Source: Thelocarpon superellum (Eukaryota). From it: a stretch of 51,478 bases of DNA. Location: contig JAPEUG010000008.1 of NCBI GenBank assembly GCA_026025795.1, positions 62,001 to 113,478 of the forward strand. Reading direction: 5' to 3'. Under the pieces are notes generated by a model that was given only the letters and a program-made list of their open reading frames with translations, searched no databases and was not told where the DNA came from. The position numbers and the translations under genes are program-made. Below are positions 13,114 through 25,743 of this stretch, piece by piece (within the stretch, counting starts at the first letter, position 1; each line of letters opens with the position of its first letter).

Positions 13114-14216
13114 GGGAGTGGCCAGGGAAAAGACAGGCTTGAGCCGGGTACTTGCGACAAAGGTTATCTAGACCAATTGAGAGAAACAGATCTTTCCTGC
13201 ATTCCTCTGTCGAAGCAGTGATCGGGGCAAAATCGTAAGATTGAGTGAGGGCGTATGGCGTATGAGAAGAAGGGCGTGCCGAGGTCTCTCATCGCGTGGA
13301 TGTGTGTTCCGGTCGTAGACGGTCGTGGACGGGCGCAGGCGAAAAAGACGACGGATATCACATGACCCACACTATTCGAGTACACTATACCTCTTCACGT
13401 AAGAAACAAAGGAACCGTTGCTTGTACCGACGAGAGTCTCCTCTAGAAAATCATTGCAGTGGCCCGGTCGTGGTCCTTTCTGACAAGCTCTCTTTCCAGG
13501 AAGTACGAAGTACCTTCGTCAAGGTCTAGCGGATCGGGCAGCGAGAGCAGTTATCATCTAATGGCCAAAGAAAGTTCCACGACATGCAGACCCCGGTCCC
13601 CACAGCCAATGATACGCGCGATCTGCTGCCCTCCATCATGGAGCAGCACAGCCTCGTCCATGTGGGGGACTGCCCGTTACTCGTCCGGGGCCGAACGTCC
13701 TCTCGTCGAATATCCTGAGTCGCTGCGGACTATCGATTGAGTTGAACGTTTACCTGTCGCTCTATGCTTTCCCTTCTCGATGTTTCACATCGCTGAGCCT
13801 CGAACTCGTCCAGGCTGACACGGGAGGTTCTCGTTCTCGCGGACGAACAATAACGATTGTGTCGTATATGTATGTGCGACTGTATCCCGCTCTTGCCTAC
13901 CCGTGCTGAAGATGAAGACCAAGCGAAGCTACGCCCGTCTCCGCCGGCCATCGTTCCGAGAGATACCGATAACTTTCTGCTCGCTGGTGGATCATTACGT
14001 TCACATGGGGGACTCCTGCGGAGTGTCTGAGTTGTCTGTCTTTCGCAGTCCCTCCTGGCATCTGCAACCTACCAGGCTCCCACGATCTTTCCACTGAGAT
14101 TCCTAAACTCGAACGGAAGCCTACCGCCGGAGAACTCCCCTGACCCCAAGAAAGCAAGCCGTTTGAGAGGCATATCCAGGCACGAGTTGAAGGAGGTGCC
14201 TTGCTCGTCCTTCCTT

Positions 14217-16276
14217 ATGGCCGAAGAGCATCCAGCTCCTCGGTTCTGGGGAGAGGATCCACCTTTTGGTCTCCGGGCAAAGAATCCTCCTCGTGGTCTT
14301 TGGGACAAGACTTACCATCCTGAACCTATGTACGTTGCGGGCTTCTTCTGCGTAGACGGCGCAGAGAAACTGGGGGACCGTGAGTTTCTTGGTGCGCTCA
14401 GGGAATGCCCTGATTGCGATACTGGTCTCATTCGGTCAATGTTTGGGGCCGTGCAACATCTCAGGACGGAACATAGCTCGCTACACCCAATTCCACATGA
14501 CCGCTTGATACGACACTGGATGCAACAGGTGAAGTATGTCCCGAAAGACGGGTCGGATACCTTCATGTGGCCGGAAAACGCTGGCAGATCACCAAACACC
14601 GTGCAACCAATCCATTTGCCAGAGTACTCCTTGCGTCCTGATGGGGCGGTTCAGGGTCCAGCTGGTTTTCCCAAAACCCCCTTAAGCTATGATGAGCCGC
14701 TTCGGGATCCAGCTCACAGCGAGGGTGCTGTTACCGACCACGCACACTCCAGCGACCACTACGTCCGCCAAATCGATCTTCTCTTCGCCCATGGTCATCT
14801 CGTCTTCGCCCATGTCGATCAGGCGCCCTTCGAGTACCTCGGGGTGATCGGTGGAGGATCAAACAGCCACGTGGACAAGGTGCGGCTGAGGGGCGAGGTC
14901 GACGAATATGCCCGGAAGGTCATTGTCATGTCAGCGTTGACTCGACATCAATATCTACCCGAAGTCCAGAAGGAAGTGGAAAATGTCAAACGCTTGACGC
15001 ATCCTCACATCATCACCATCGTCGGCACCTACGAGGTTCCAAGGGCCTATGGCATCATTATGTCACCGCTTGCCGAAGGAGATCTTGAGCTGTTCCTGGA
15101 GCGCGTCGCTGAGCAAAACTTCCCCGAGGTGGAGAGGCAGAAGCTTGCTAGGTGGACTGGATGCCTCGCTCATGCGCTTGCCTACGTGCACGCCCACGAC
15201 ATGCGACACCAAGACATCAAGCCTACGAATATTGTGTTCAGAGGCGACGAGATCTATCTCACTGACTTTGGCTCTTCTCATCACTTCACCTCGGAGTCGA
15301 CGAGCTCGACTGAAGGCACAGCGTACGGCCATACTCGAATGTACAGCGCTCCCGAGGTCATCCATGGTGGTAGACGAGGTCGGTCGGCAGATGTCTTCTC
15401 CCTTGGCTGTGTGTTTGCGGAGATGACCACGACATATGGAGGCCGGTCAGTCGTGGACTTCTATCGATTCCGAGAGGTTGGCGGGTCGCACGCCTATTAC
15501 GCTACTCTCCATCTTGTCGACCAGTGGTTTGAGAACCAGCACAATTTCGCTCAGCAGATGCAAGCCATGATGCGTCATCCAGACCCACAACAAAGACCGT
15601 CGGCGGCTCAAATCTGGAGAACTATCAACGGTTCGGCGCCTTGCCGAGCATGCAATGGCGCGGGGCCAGTAAAGACGTTCGTGAAGAAAAGCTGGCAGCC
15701 GTGGGCGTCAGACTTTACGAGCGAATCTTTTTCTCCCCAACTACGAGAGACCAGCGATCCTTCCCGCCCGGAACCTTTGCTCTATCGAATTCGGTACGGC
15801 CTCGCTAGAAACAGTCCGTGGACGAAAGTTGACGAGAGAATAGGGCTCCTATCAGGGACAAGGCTTCTATGGTGAACCGGATCGCTCAAAAAGAGGTAAA
15901 TGGCGTCATTGGCTCTAATCCAGGTCCCTGGATCGAGCCGACAGACAGTTATCACCGAGGACAGCCGACGTTTAAGAATCCCTGGGTCGAGCCGACAGAG
16001 AATTATAACGGAGGGCAGCCGAGATTTAAAAATCCCTGGATCGAGCCGACAGACAATAATCACCATGGGCAGACGAGACTTATGGATCCCACAGACAGTG
16101 GATATGGAGGCCAGCCCACAAGGACGGGCCGGTCAGACAGTGGATACGGAGGCCAGCCCACGAGGACGGGCCGGTCAGACAGTGGATACGGAGGCCAGCC
16201 CACAAGGACGGGCCGGTCAGACAGTGAATACGGAAGTCACTTCCCGCATACGGATGACAGTGGATACGGAATTTAG
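14217..16276 (+). CDS. Fungal Ser/Thr protein kinase with N-terminal C2H2-like motif and repeat-containing C-terminal tail, 669 aa; exons 14217-15793, 15844-16276
   Basis: Kinase motifs IGGGSNSHV, ARK, HQDIKPTN, TDFG, YSAPE, ADVFSLG; CPDC-x13-HLRTEH. Intron 15794-15843 (gtacgg..gttgac..tag) fuses ORF 14163-15875 in frame to ORF 15869-16276. Start codon uncertain. Confidence 0.85.
15926..16075 (+). repeat. 54-nt (18-aa) coding tandem repeat, about 3 copies (PWxEPTxxxxxGQxxFKN)
   Basis: ccctgg..cgagccgacaga starts at 15926, 15980 and 16034. Confidence 0.9.
16092..16234 (+). repeat. 42-nt (14-aa) near-perfect coding tandem repeat, about 3.4 copies (DSGYGGQPTRTGRS)
   Basis: cagacagtg starts at 16092, 16134, 16176 and 16218. 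Confidence 0.95.
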
Positions 16277-17463
16277 CCAATGAAGGCGAAAGACAGAGGA
16301 GATGGAGGAGAGGCCCAAACCTAATCCAGAACGGCCAACGAGATGCATCTAGGCAACCAAATCCGGTTCCACCAGACACCAACACATATCCAGCCCCGCC
16401 CAGTCTCCCAGCTAGCAATGTAAATGAAAGGCAGAGTGGAAACAAAACGGGAGACCCGGCTACTACCCATCCGGATCCTCTTGCGAGCATGTTCCTGAAA
16501 CAAGGGGGAGATACGCGATATGGAAACGGACAGGCGACTCGGGTGTCGAACGACAGTTTGCAATCGAGTCCAAGACCGCCGCGGACATTTCATCAGAGTG
16601 GGTACAACATAGACGCTTCCGGGAGATGACGAAATGGAGCTGGGAAGAGGGTGTTGGTCAGACGGAGACGAGCTGAAGCGCAGTCAATCTGGTACGAGAC
16701 GACGAGGCTGGTGGCGGGAGAGCAAGGGAATCGCGATGTCGCTTTGATATGTTCGTTTCATTCCGTCTCATGTCACTTCGATGGTGCATGTCTACGTAGC
16801 GGGGGCATGGTTCCCATATATCAACATCACAATGATCGCAGCAGTCTCCCAATTTCCTCGCACCAAGTAGAAATGGAGAAATGGGAGGACGACCGTAGAT
16901 GAGAAGAGCGTTCTCGTTCCCGACCAACTGCACGGTATAGTTACTATATACAAAAGAAAAACCAACACCGAGAGCAAGAGCAAGACCAAGACCAAGACGA
17001 GGGACAAGAAACGCGCACGAGTCATTGAATCGCCTGCCCAAACGAAACGAAGTGGCATCAATGAAATCGACCCAAGTGTCTTTGACGAACCAGTAGAGAG
17101 GGGTCGGTAAGAGACAAGTCAAATGGGCGAGAGAGAAGTGGAGGCGCGCTCTGCTGTCCTGTCCCCTCCCTTTTCTTCCTGCCCGGCAGTATTCCATTGT
17201 GCGGCGGATTTGTATTGTGAGCCGCATGTCATGTCGTGTCGTCGTGCTTGGTATTTCCTCCAAGATGTCTGGCCTGACTTTTCCTTTCATCCCAGCATCC
17301 CCGGTCCATCCCGATCCGCCCTATTTCGTCCCTTCCCATCCCTTTTGTTTGTTCGTCCGACCATCTGTCCTGCATGAGGCACGCAGGGGAAAGAAGAGCC
17401 TCCACATGTACACTTCACCACATATATCACAGTCCACAAGCATGCATCACTCATCATCATAAA

Positions 17464-20400
17464 TCACTCCTGCCGGCCTTCGTTCAAGAGCAGCTCAACA
17501 ACAAGCTGCATGCGCTCCGCCTCGGGATGCTGCAGCGCGATCTTGATGGTGCGATTGCCCGCGGAGCCGCCGGATCGCGCATCGTCGAGACAGCGGACGT
17601 CGCGACCGGAAATGACCTGCTTGAGGCGCCCGTTGTCTGCGTTGCGGATCTCGACAAAGTCGGAGTCGAACAGGAGGATGTACGGGCCGTACATGGCGGC
17701 CGACTTGGCCTTGCCGACGAATTCCATGATGAGCACGCGGTTGACGTCGCCGTGCTTGTCGACGTAGACGGCGCATTCCTCGTAGCAGAGCAGAAACTCC
17801 GTCTCGTTGAGCCGGAACATGCCCAGTGGTTTCTGGCCGGTGAGCCGTGCGGCGATGGAGGAGACGTGGGGTTCTTTGAGGTCGGGCACCGCCCAGCCCT
17901 GCTTCTTGTCCAGCGTGAGTACCTCGAACCCCCGCACCGTGCTGACGGCCAACGAGGAGTGGAAGAGATTGATGCCAAAGCAATCGCTCGGCATGTAGAA
18001 TTCGTCGAATTCGCGGAAGAACTCCGTCGTGCCTTTGCGTGAGAAGCGGGATCGCTTCTCCGTCGCTTTTTGGAAGACGGGCTCCAGCACCTGATTCATC
18101 TACGTGAGATTCGATGGGGATTGCAAGGAATGGGGCTGGAGGGCGTGAATCCCCTACCTTGAACGTCGACGACAGGCCCTCGCGCTTCTTGTAAAAGACC
18201 AGTGTTCGCTCCTTCATTCGGCCCGTCGCGAAGAATCCGACTTCTCGTGCCCCAGAGAGCTTCTGCGGTGCCCTGCGGGCCGAGTCGTTGCCCGGCGGTG
18301 CCCCTCCTACGGGACACACGACATCGAGGTGGTACGCGATGAGGGACTTGTCGGCGATGAGGAGAAAGAGACTGAATTCCTCTAGCACGGCGATCTGGGT
18401 CACTTTCGTGGTCGAGATGGCCTGGCACACGTCAGAAGAGTCTGTCGCCACATCTTCAACTGCAGCTTACCCGACTCCATCCCCGAGGGTTCTCCAGGTC
18501 CGACACATACACCCCGTAATCGGTCCCCACCGCCACCATCGCCCTCCCATAGGGTTGATTGAACGTCGTGGCGCAATTCACCGTGCGGCTGCAGATCGGA
18601 TGGGGTCGTGGTCCCGCCGAGGCAAAGGTCTGGTCGACCTCGCGCAGCGCGCGGTCGAGCGGCGTGCCCCGGATCGTGGCACCGGTGGGACTGGCAAAGG
18701 TCGAATCGTACGCAAACGCCGAGTCGGCCATGACGCGCAAGCGGAAGGGCTCGGCGTTCTGCGCAAACAGCGACGCCGCGTGTTTGGTCTTGGCCTCGAG
18801 GATTTTGTCGCACCAGTCCTGTCGATTCTGTAATGTCGGCGCGTACAGCGTGTACACATCCTGTCCGAGATGCTTGACGCGGAAGGGATACATGATCTTC
18901 TCGTCCTTGGGCCCTTCGAGCACCGTGCTGGCCACCAGCGTCTTCCCGGAGCTGGCCGTGCTGACCGACGACACAGACGAAGCGCTCGGCGTCGATGTCA
19001 GCGTCCCCGGTCCGATGTTCGAGGCGACCCGGGCAAGCTGAGGGTTCCCAGCCGTCGGCACGCGCGTCACAGACGTCGTCACCGTCCCGATGCCTTTGAC
19101 CGAGGACTTGACGACCGGGTCATCGTTGGTGCTCTCGAGAAGGAGCAGATCCATGGGAATCGGCAGCTTGGACACGTCGTATCGCTCCTGCTTGTTCCCG
19201 CCCGCGTTGTCTCGCTGATGGACCGTCTTGGCTAGGACGAGATAATGATCGAAGAGGATGGCATGCGTCTCCAGCCAGGTGAAGCGATTCGCGCCGGTCC
19301 GTTGGAGGTCGCCCTGGAAGATCAGCTGCCGACCGAGATGGTTCAGGTTGAGCTCGACGCGCTCCATGCCCGGCCGGAGGATCAACTTGGACCCCAGCTC
19401 GATCAGGTCCACCTTCTTCGACATCTCCGCCACCCGCGCGTCGCATTCCAGCGTGACCGCTTTGATCTCGTCCATGGCCACCTGCAGGTTGGCCTTCTCT
19501 TCCGTATCCTGCATCATACTCTTGTGCACGGTGTAGAGCAGCAGGCCGTAGCGCTGCAGGCGTGTGATGGGCGCTTTCAGATACGTGTCCCAGCCCAGCC
19601 GCTTCGATCGCTCATTCTCCCGCGCCTGGTCGAGGAACTGGCGGAAGAGCACATTGCGTTCGGCCTCCTTGCGCACGAGCATGGTCGCGTTCGGGAAGGA
19701 CGCGGCATACTCGGTGTAGGGGGCGCGGGCCTTGCGGATCCACTCGCGGAAGATGTCGCTGAAGCCGACGATCCACGGGCCTTGCTCCTGTTGCCGGTAC
19801 TTCAGCTGCGCCAGCAGAAAGTCCTCGTTGACCTTCTTGACCGCGTCCACCTTGCCAAAGACGTCATGCGCGAAGCGGGCCATGCGCTCGCGCTGGATGA
19901 TGGGCGGCTGCCACGATGCGAGCTGGTCGCGGTACAGGATGCGCAGCACGTTGAGCTGATCTGTGTACTGATCCTCCGTCTGCACGATCTCGTGCAAGAT
20001 GTTCTGGCGCTCAATCTCCTTCTTGCCCACGCCCTCGACCGACTCCTTGGTGACCTTGTAGAAGGTGGCCCAGTCCTCGAGCTTCCGCTGGGGCTCCAGG
20101 AGCTGGGTCTGCAGGTTGATCTTCTTCAACGTCCGTGAGCAGTGATGCGAGTAGCAGCGGCCCGGCGTGTCATGCTCATGCAGCTTTGGGGCGTAGCAGC
20201 CGACGCCGGTCAGCTGCCAGATGACGCCGGAGATCTCGCCGGGGCCGAACTTGACCCACTCCTCGTCGTGCACGACCGTGCCGCTGTCGAACATCTCGCC
20301 GACGACGCGGGCGCCGAGGGTTTCCGCGTCGGCCATGTTCATGGTCGGCACCTTGTGGGTGAACAGGGCGACGATGCCATCGACCAAGATCTTCTCCTTG

Positions 20401-22874
20401 AGATCCGTCTCGTCCTCGCCCATCTCGCGCACCCATTGCGTGATGGCGCTGAGCGCCCAGGGCTCGGCACATCGTCGGAAATCCGTCGTCGAGAGCTTGG
20501 CGGGATTGAACTTCTTGCGCTTGCCGGCCGGGAGCGCGGGCAAATCCAGCGTCGACATGGACTCGGACGAGGTGAGATCCAGCCCTTCCGTGCCAGGCAT
20601 GGCCGGGTAGATGCCGAGGGTCGGCTGCTTGAGGAGCTTCGCCCGACGCTCTTCGGCGTCGGTCTTGGAGCGGGCGGGCGTCATGGTTTGAGGCGTGCTG
20701 CTGTGGCTGGTCAAGGACGTTGAGCGCGGCACCGTGAGGCTGCTCAGGCCAAGGAACTTGTTCGTGTAGGCATCAGGCGCGGGGGGGTAGGCCGGGTGGG
20801 TCGGAGGATTGGAGGATTCCGTCGGATCGCGGTAGGTGCCGGTCGGCACCAGGTAGGGGATGTGATCATCCGAGGATGCTGGCACGGGGGGCAGCGGACG
20901 CTCCGAGCCTCCGTCCTGGCGCGGAAAGTAGAACATCTCGGGAATCTCCTCCTTGGCGGGACTCTCGCTCCCCGATCGTCGGCCCCACGTCGTTTCATCG
21001 CCTTCGTCGAAGCTCTGCTTGCGACCATAGGGACGTGGCTCGGCCAGGCCTCCGGTGCCGTAGGTGTCGACCCGGGCGGCCTGATTGAACGACCGAAAGG
21101 GATGGATGGCGTCTTGATCTGGGATGGAGTATTCATAGTCGACACCGCCCTGAGGGGACGGCTGGACTCCAGGATGGGGGAGAGGCCGCGCCGAGCCATG
21201 TCGAGAACGGTCGGGAGAGCCCTCATCGCCGTAGGACATGCGACCCTGATAGCCGCCACCATAGAGTCCCATGTCGACGTTGGCGTAGTCACTGTCACTG
21301 CTCTCTCCTTCCGGGTGCGACGGTTGGGGACGCCGCGCGCTGCCGTAGGCGCCATACATGGGTCCCCCACCGCCGCTCTGGCGTCGCGCGTCGTCGGCCG
21401 CTTCTTGCTCCTCGGCGACGCGCATGGCGGCGAGGCCCGCGGCCGCCTCCGGGTCGCTGTCGTCGCTGTAGCCCCCGGCGGAGTAGGATGCGGCAGCCGT
21501 GGTGGCGGCGCCGTTGTACGGGAGGCCGTTGGCCGTCGAGCCAGGGCTTGGGCCACGGCTGCTGGAGAAGAGCGGTTGGGGCTCATCGCTCTCGTCGGCG
21601 CGTGATTGGGGCCAGCCCGCGCTCTGCCGGGCGCGATGGGCCGACTGTGGCTGGGTGGGTCCGGTCATCACGGCGGCCTCAATCTCCCGCCAGATCTCCT
21701 CCTGGGCGATCTCCTCCGCGGTCCGGTCCTCGCCATGATCGCCATTCGGCAGCTCCGACTCGTCCTCGTCGTCGTCGAGCTCGTTTGGCGGACCGGGTAA
21801 GGGACGCGCGTGCGGATGTCGCCCCAGGGTATCCGTCCGATGCGGCAGATGTCGGGGCGGGCGGGGCGCGTTAGGTGACGGAGAGGGGGTCCCGGCCTGT
21901 TGGGGCGAGGCCGTGATGCTCTTCCGGCGGAGATTGGGGTCACTGAGATCCGATGGTCGCGGCAGCACTCGCGACGCGTACTGGCTTGGCGGGGCGGTGC
22001 CCGGGGGCACCGGCGGCGGTGGCGGCGCCGGCGGGGAGTAGGCCGAGGGCCGGTGGGGCAGCGGGGCCGATCCCGCCTGCGCCGGAAGGGGCGGCAGCGG
22101 AAGCGGGGGCGGTGCGGGTGAGACCGGCCCCGACGGTAGCCGCGGCGCCACGACGTATTGCGGCCGGATGTTGGCGGACGCGGCGGATGCGCCGTATTGG
22201 GTGGGAGAGGCAGCATAGGGCGAGGGGGAATACGGCTGGGCCACTGGGGCGGCGGAGGTCGGCGCGGCGCCCAGGACGGACGGATTGTATCCGTTTTGTG
22301 GGTATGGGAGACTGGACTGTCGGGGGGCGGATTGGGTCTGGGCCCGGTACAAGGCGGGGTTGTACGGCTGCGGGCCGGCGGGGGGGCGGGGCTCTGGCGC
22401 CGGAGGGTTACTGATGGGCATGGGGTAGGGGGTCTGCGTGGAGGCAAATTGCTGGGGGTTGTAGGTGAACTGCGTTTGCGTGGGCGACAGGGGCGACTGG
22501 TACTGATACTGGTATCCGGACATGGCGTGGCCGTGGGATGAAGCGCGACCATATTGCGGGGGGGGTGGATTCTGGTCCTGCAGGAACAGTTCCTCCTCTG
22601 GCCGGGACCCTAGACTGGCTCCTTGGCGGTAGGGGTCGGACAGGGCGGACTCGGGTCCCTCGGAGCCATAGCTCACGCCACCGTATACCCCTGGTCGTAG
22701 CAGGGCCGCGGCATCATCTCCGGTATCAAAACTCGAGGTCCGCCTCAAGGGCGGATCGGGGGCGGCGAGACGGTTGGGTGGTAGACTCAGCGGGTCTCGC
22801 CCTGGCCGCGGTGGAGGTGCAGGCGCGACAGACTGGTCGTAGGGCCGGGGGTAGTATTGCCCGTTGTGCGCCAT
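17464..22874 (-). CDS. RGF3: Rho guanine nucleotide exchange factor, Rgf3/Tus1 type (DH-PH-CNH), 1764 aa; exons 22874-18471, 18421-18158, 18090-17464
   Basis: DH domain (EIERQNILHEIVQTEDQY...YLKAPITRLQRYGLLL), PH domain (LFDHYLVLAK...NRQDWCDKI), CNH domain (VAVGTDYGVY, EFLLCYEECAVYVDKHG, FVEIRNA); introns 18470-18422 and 18157-18091. Paralog assignment (Rgf3 rather than Rom2) is by recall of the pre-DH region. Confidence 0.88.
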
Positions 22875-23896
22875 CGCGGCGGGCCGGTGGTCCAGCACGC
22901 GGAGATCTTGGGGCCGCGCTCACGACCCACGACGGACCGGGTCAGGCTGCGCTCCGAGAACAATTGAGACGGGCAAGCAGGGTGGTGGCATGTGCTCGAG
23001 CGCGATGTGGGCGCATTGAAGGCAGGCTCGAGATCGATGGTCATTCACGCTCCTCGATGATCCGAACCGGGCGGAATGCGTGTGGAGCGTGGCGGGAGGA
23101 CGAGCCCGCACGCACGCAGCGGATGGGGTCGGGTTCGGGTCGCAGCCGGAGGAGGAGGCGGACGGGCGGATGGGTGATCTCCGACAGCACCGTCGTCGCT
23201 GCTTTCCGGGCGATCATGAGCCTGAGGCGGGAGCGATAGGGCTGGCGATGCAATGATGGCCGTGGCCGTGGCTGTGGCTGTGGCCTAAGAGCTGGCCGTG
23301 GACGAGCGTCTTGCTTCCGACCTCTTACCCCTACACCTCTCAGCAGCTGCTACGGCCGACAAGGATAGGCCAGACGCGCGTGGTCATCAGGCGAAGCCTA
23401 GCTCTTGGCTGCTAGGCGACTGCTCGAAGTTCCAGCTCCAGCTCGCCGGGTCTAGGTTTGGGTACGAGGCTGTCTGTCCGCGACCAACAGGGATCTCGAG
23501 CATCTGTGCTTGGGCGGGTGCAGAGATAGCCTTTACCTCTGGCAATTTGTATTCCTTCTATAAGCCTACGGACTCCACTCGCCTCATCCATTCTCTACCT
23601 CTCCGCACGGCTTGTTCGTCCGTGTCCGAGGGACCGACAATCCAGCCTGTGCCATACGTGAATTTGCCGTGACATGACCAGCCATGTCTCGGCCGGTACT
23701 TGGTTGGGTGGGCAACTTCTTCAGTTGCCGAGAGCGCATGCACGGGATGGCCGCCCGGCAGGCGGCCCTTAGTACGCGGACGCGAGTTTACGGGCTGGTC
23801 TGATCGAGTCCGAGCCCTTTCTACGAGAACCTCCGCGAAGCCGCAGCTCAGGAGCGCGCTCGTAACGATTGTGCGCTCTACGGAGCGTCGTCAAAG

Positions 23897-23935
23897 CCGG
23901 TCACGTCAAGTCCGGTCACGTCAAGTCCGGTCGCG
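23897..23935 (+). repeat. 15-nt tandem repeat ccggtcacgtcaagt, about 2.6 copies, carrying CRE/ATF-like TGACGTGA (minus strand)
   Basis: Units start at 23897, 23912 and 23927 in the RGF3/SOD1 divergent intergenic region. Confidence 0.75.
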
Positions 23936-24491
23936 ATCCACGGCACACCACGATCCATACTTGATGAGCATGGGCTGCTCGTACAGATCGCGTGATGCAC
24001 TGGGCGTACCGCATCCAGCTGGTCCATCGAACGACCCGGCCCATGGAACGCCACAGACACCCCACGCCACGAGATCCTCAAGATCCTCGGGCGCTCGATT
24101 GAGTGGGAGTGGCCTGATGGCACCATCTCGCGGGCGACGTGAGCTACGGGCATACCTGGATGGGTGTGGTCATGGCATCAACGTGATGTAATTCTCGGGA
24201 TACCCCTCCCCCCCAGTTACAGAGTATGGCGCAACTACAGGGATGAGAGATGGAACCGAGCAGAGTTCATATTCGGTCGGAGTACTCCGGACGTGCACTG
24301 TGCTCCGTGCCTATCCGAAGGCACCGAAGCATCGGCAGAGGAGAGGCAATCCTCCGCACCTCTCAGCTCTTCCCCGCGACCTTTGTAATCATCAGTATCT
24401 TCTCTTCCCCACCGAGCAATTGCATTGCCCTCGCAGCTACTTGCTTTCGAGATCCTTTCTGGACATCCAAAACCCATCTGCATTCGCCATC

Positions 24492-25249
24492 ATGGTCAAA
24501 GCCGGTCTGTTACGCTCTTCCATGTCCGGTCCCGGAATGATGGGCAGTGCGGGGCAGACTCCAGGATGGAGCAGTGTCCCTTCTGACCCCCGGTCGCCAC
24601 AACAGTCCACATTTCGCTGACCATTCTCCACCATTCCAGTTGCCGTCGTGCGGGGTGACTCCAAGGTCTCTGGCACCGTCACTTTTGAACAGGCTGATGA
24701 GTCTTCGCCCACGACCATCACGTACAGTTTGACGGGCAACGACGCCAATGCGAAGCGCGGCATGCACGTTCATCAATTCGGCGACAACACCAATGGTTGC
24801 ACCTCGGCTGGACCGCACTGTAAGCGCGCTGTCATGTAGATGCGGAGCCCCGCTCATCCTCTCGTTCACAGTCAACCCACACGCCAAGACTCATGGTGCC
24901 CCTGAGGATTCGGACCGCCATGTTGGTGATCTCGGCAACGTGACGACGGACGGCCAGGGCAACGCGCACGGCACCATTGTCGACAAGCTGGTCAAGCTGA
25001 TCGGACCCGAGAGCGTGCTCGGCGTATGTATCCTCCCTGCACGTATCTGCGGCTGTACTAACGTCGCTCGACGCAGCGCACCGTCGTGGTGCATGGCGGC
25101 ACCGACGATCTGGGCAAGGGTGGCAATGAAGAGTCAAAGAAGACGGGCAACGCTGGCCCTCGACCCGCCTGTGGTAAGCATGCTCCGTGCCTTGTGTTCG
25201 ACGTAGTCCTGACGTGCGATTACCAGGCGTGATTGGAATCTCCAATTAG
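24492..25249 (+). CDS. SOD1: Cu/Zn superoxide dismutase, 154 aa; exons 24492-24504, 24640-24819, 24872-25023, 25077-25173, 25227-25249
   Basis: [12 protein letters not shown]...[23 protein letters not shown]...HVGDLGN...[14 protein letters not shown]...[14 protein letters not shown]; metal ligands and disulfide cysteines present. Confidence 0.98.
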
Positions 25250-25743
25250 CTGTATCGACGGTCGAGCTTGGTTTGGATTCGGCCCTGGAGCCCATATTCT
25301 GCGCTTGGGTCGGGGCCGTTGCCGCCGCCATGACGTAGCTGGAGGCCCAAAATGAATTCACTCCACCACGGATGCTCTTCACCACTCTTTGATCAAGACC
25401 ATCGCCCGCTCTGTAGAAATGCGTAGCATGGAGAGGAAGAGACAAGAGGTGGGCTACGGTGTTGCCAATGCATCCAAGCCTCCAAGCCTCCAAGCCTCCA
25501 AGCTAAGGTCCCACGACTCCACCCCTAGACCAATCGCCGTCACAACCAGCCGAACAAAGCACGCGAGACCCCAGAACCCCCGTCCCTCGCCCGTGCCGGT
25601 GAATCGAGGAAATCGAGGAAATCGAGAAGAAATTCCCCACGATTCCAAAGTAGCCCGATTCTTCCTCACCACCTCACCCGCCGCCCCTCTGTTGACCGCC
25701 CCTCCCCATCGCCATCCCGTTCCTCGCGTCCGCACGGTGCGCC

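Noticed and set aside
13111..13220. Stop-codon readthrough giving cryptic peroxisomal signals on TAL1 (and SOD1 at 25247)
   Set aside because: The extensions end in SKQ and PPP, not PTS1, and the stop contexts are not the TGA-CTA type.
18288..23239. Many long antisense and alternate-frame ORFs over RGF3 (likewise over SND1, CTI6 and the 7-TM gene)
   Set aside because: Expected shadow ORFs of GC-rich coding DNA; Arg/Pro/Gly-rich with no recognisable motifs.
24505..24639. SOD1 intron 1 (unusual gtctgt donor, atgatg...ctga inside) as a stwintron or box C/D snoRNA host
   Set aside because: Nested-intron models break the reading frame; the box C match is imperfect and the span is only about 50 nt.
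25473..25630. Short 8-nt and 9-nt tandem repeats upstream of SND1 (also hexamers near 1352-1388, 16968-16998 and 23257-23285)
   Set aside because: Ordinary low-copy microsatellites with no further evidence of function.
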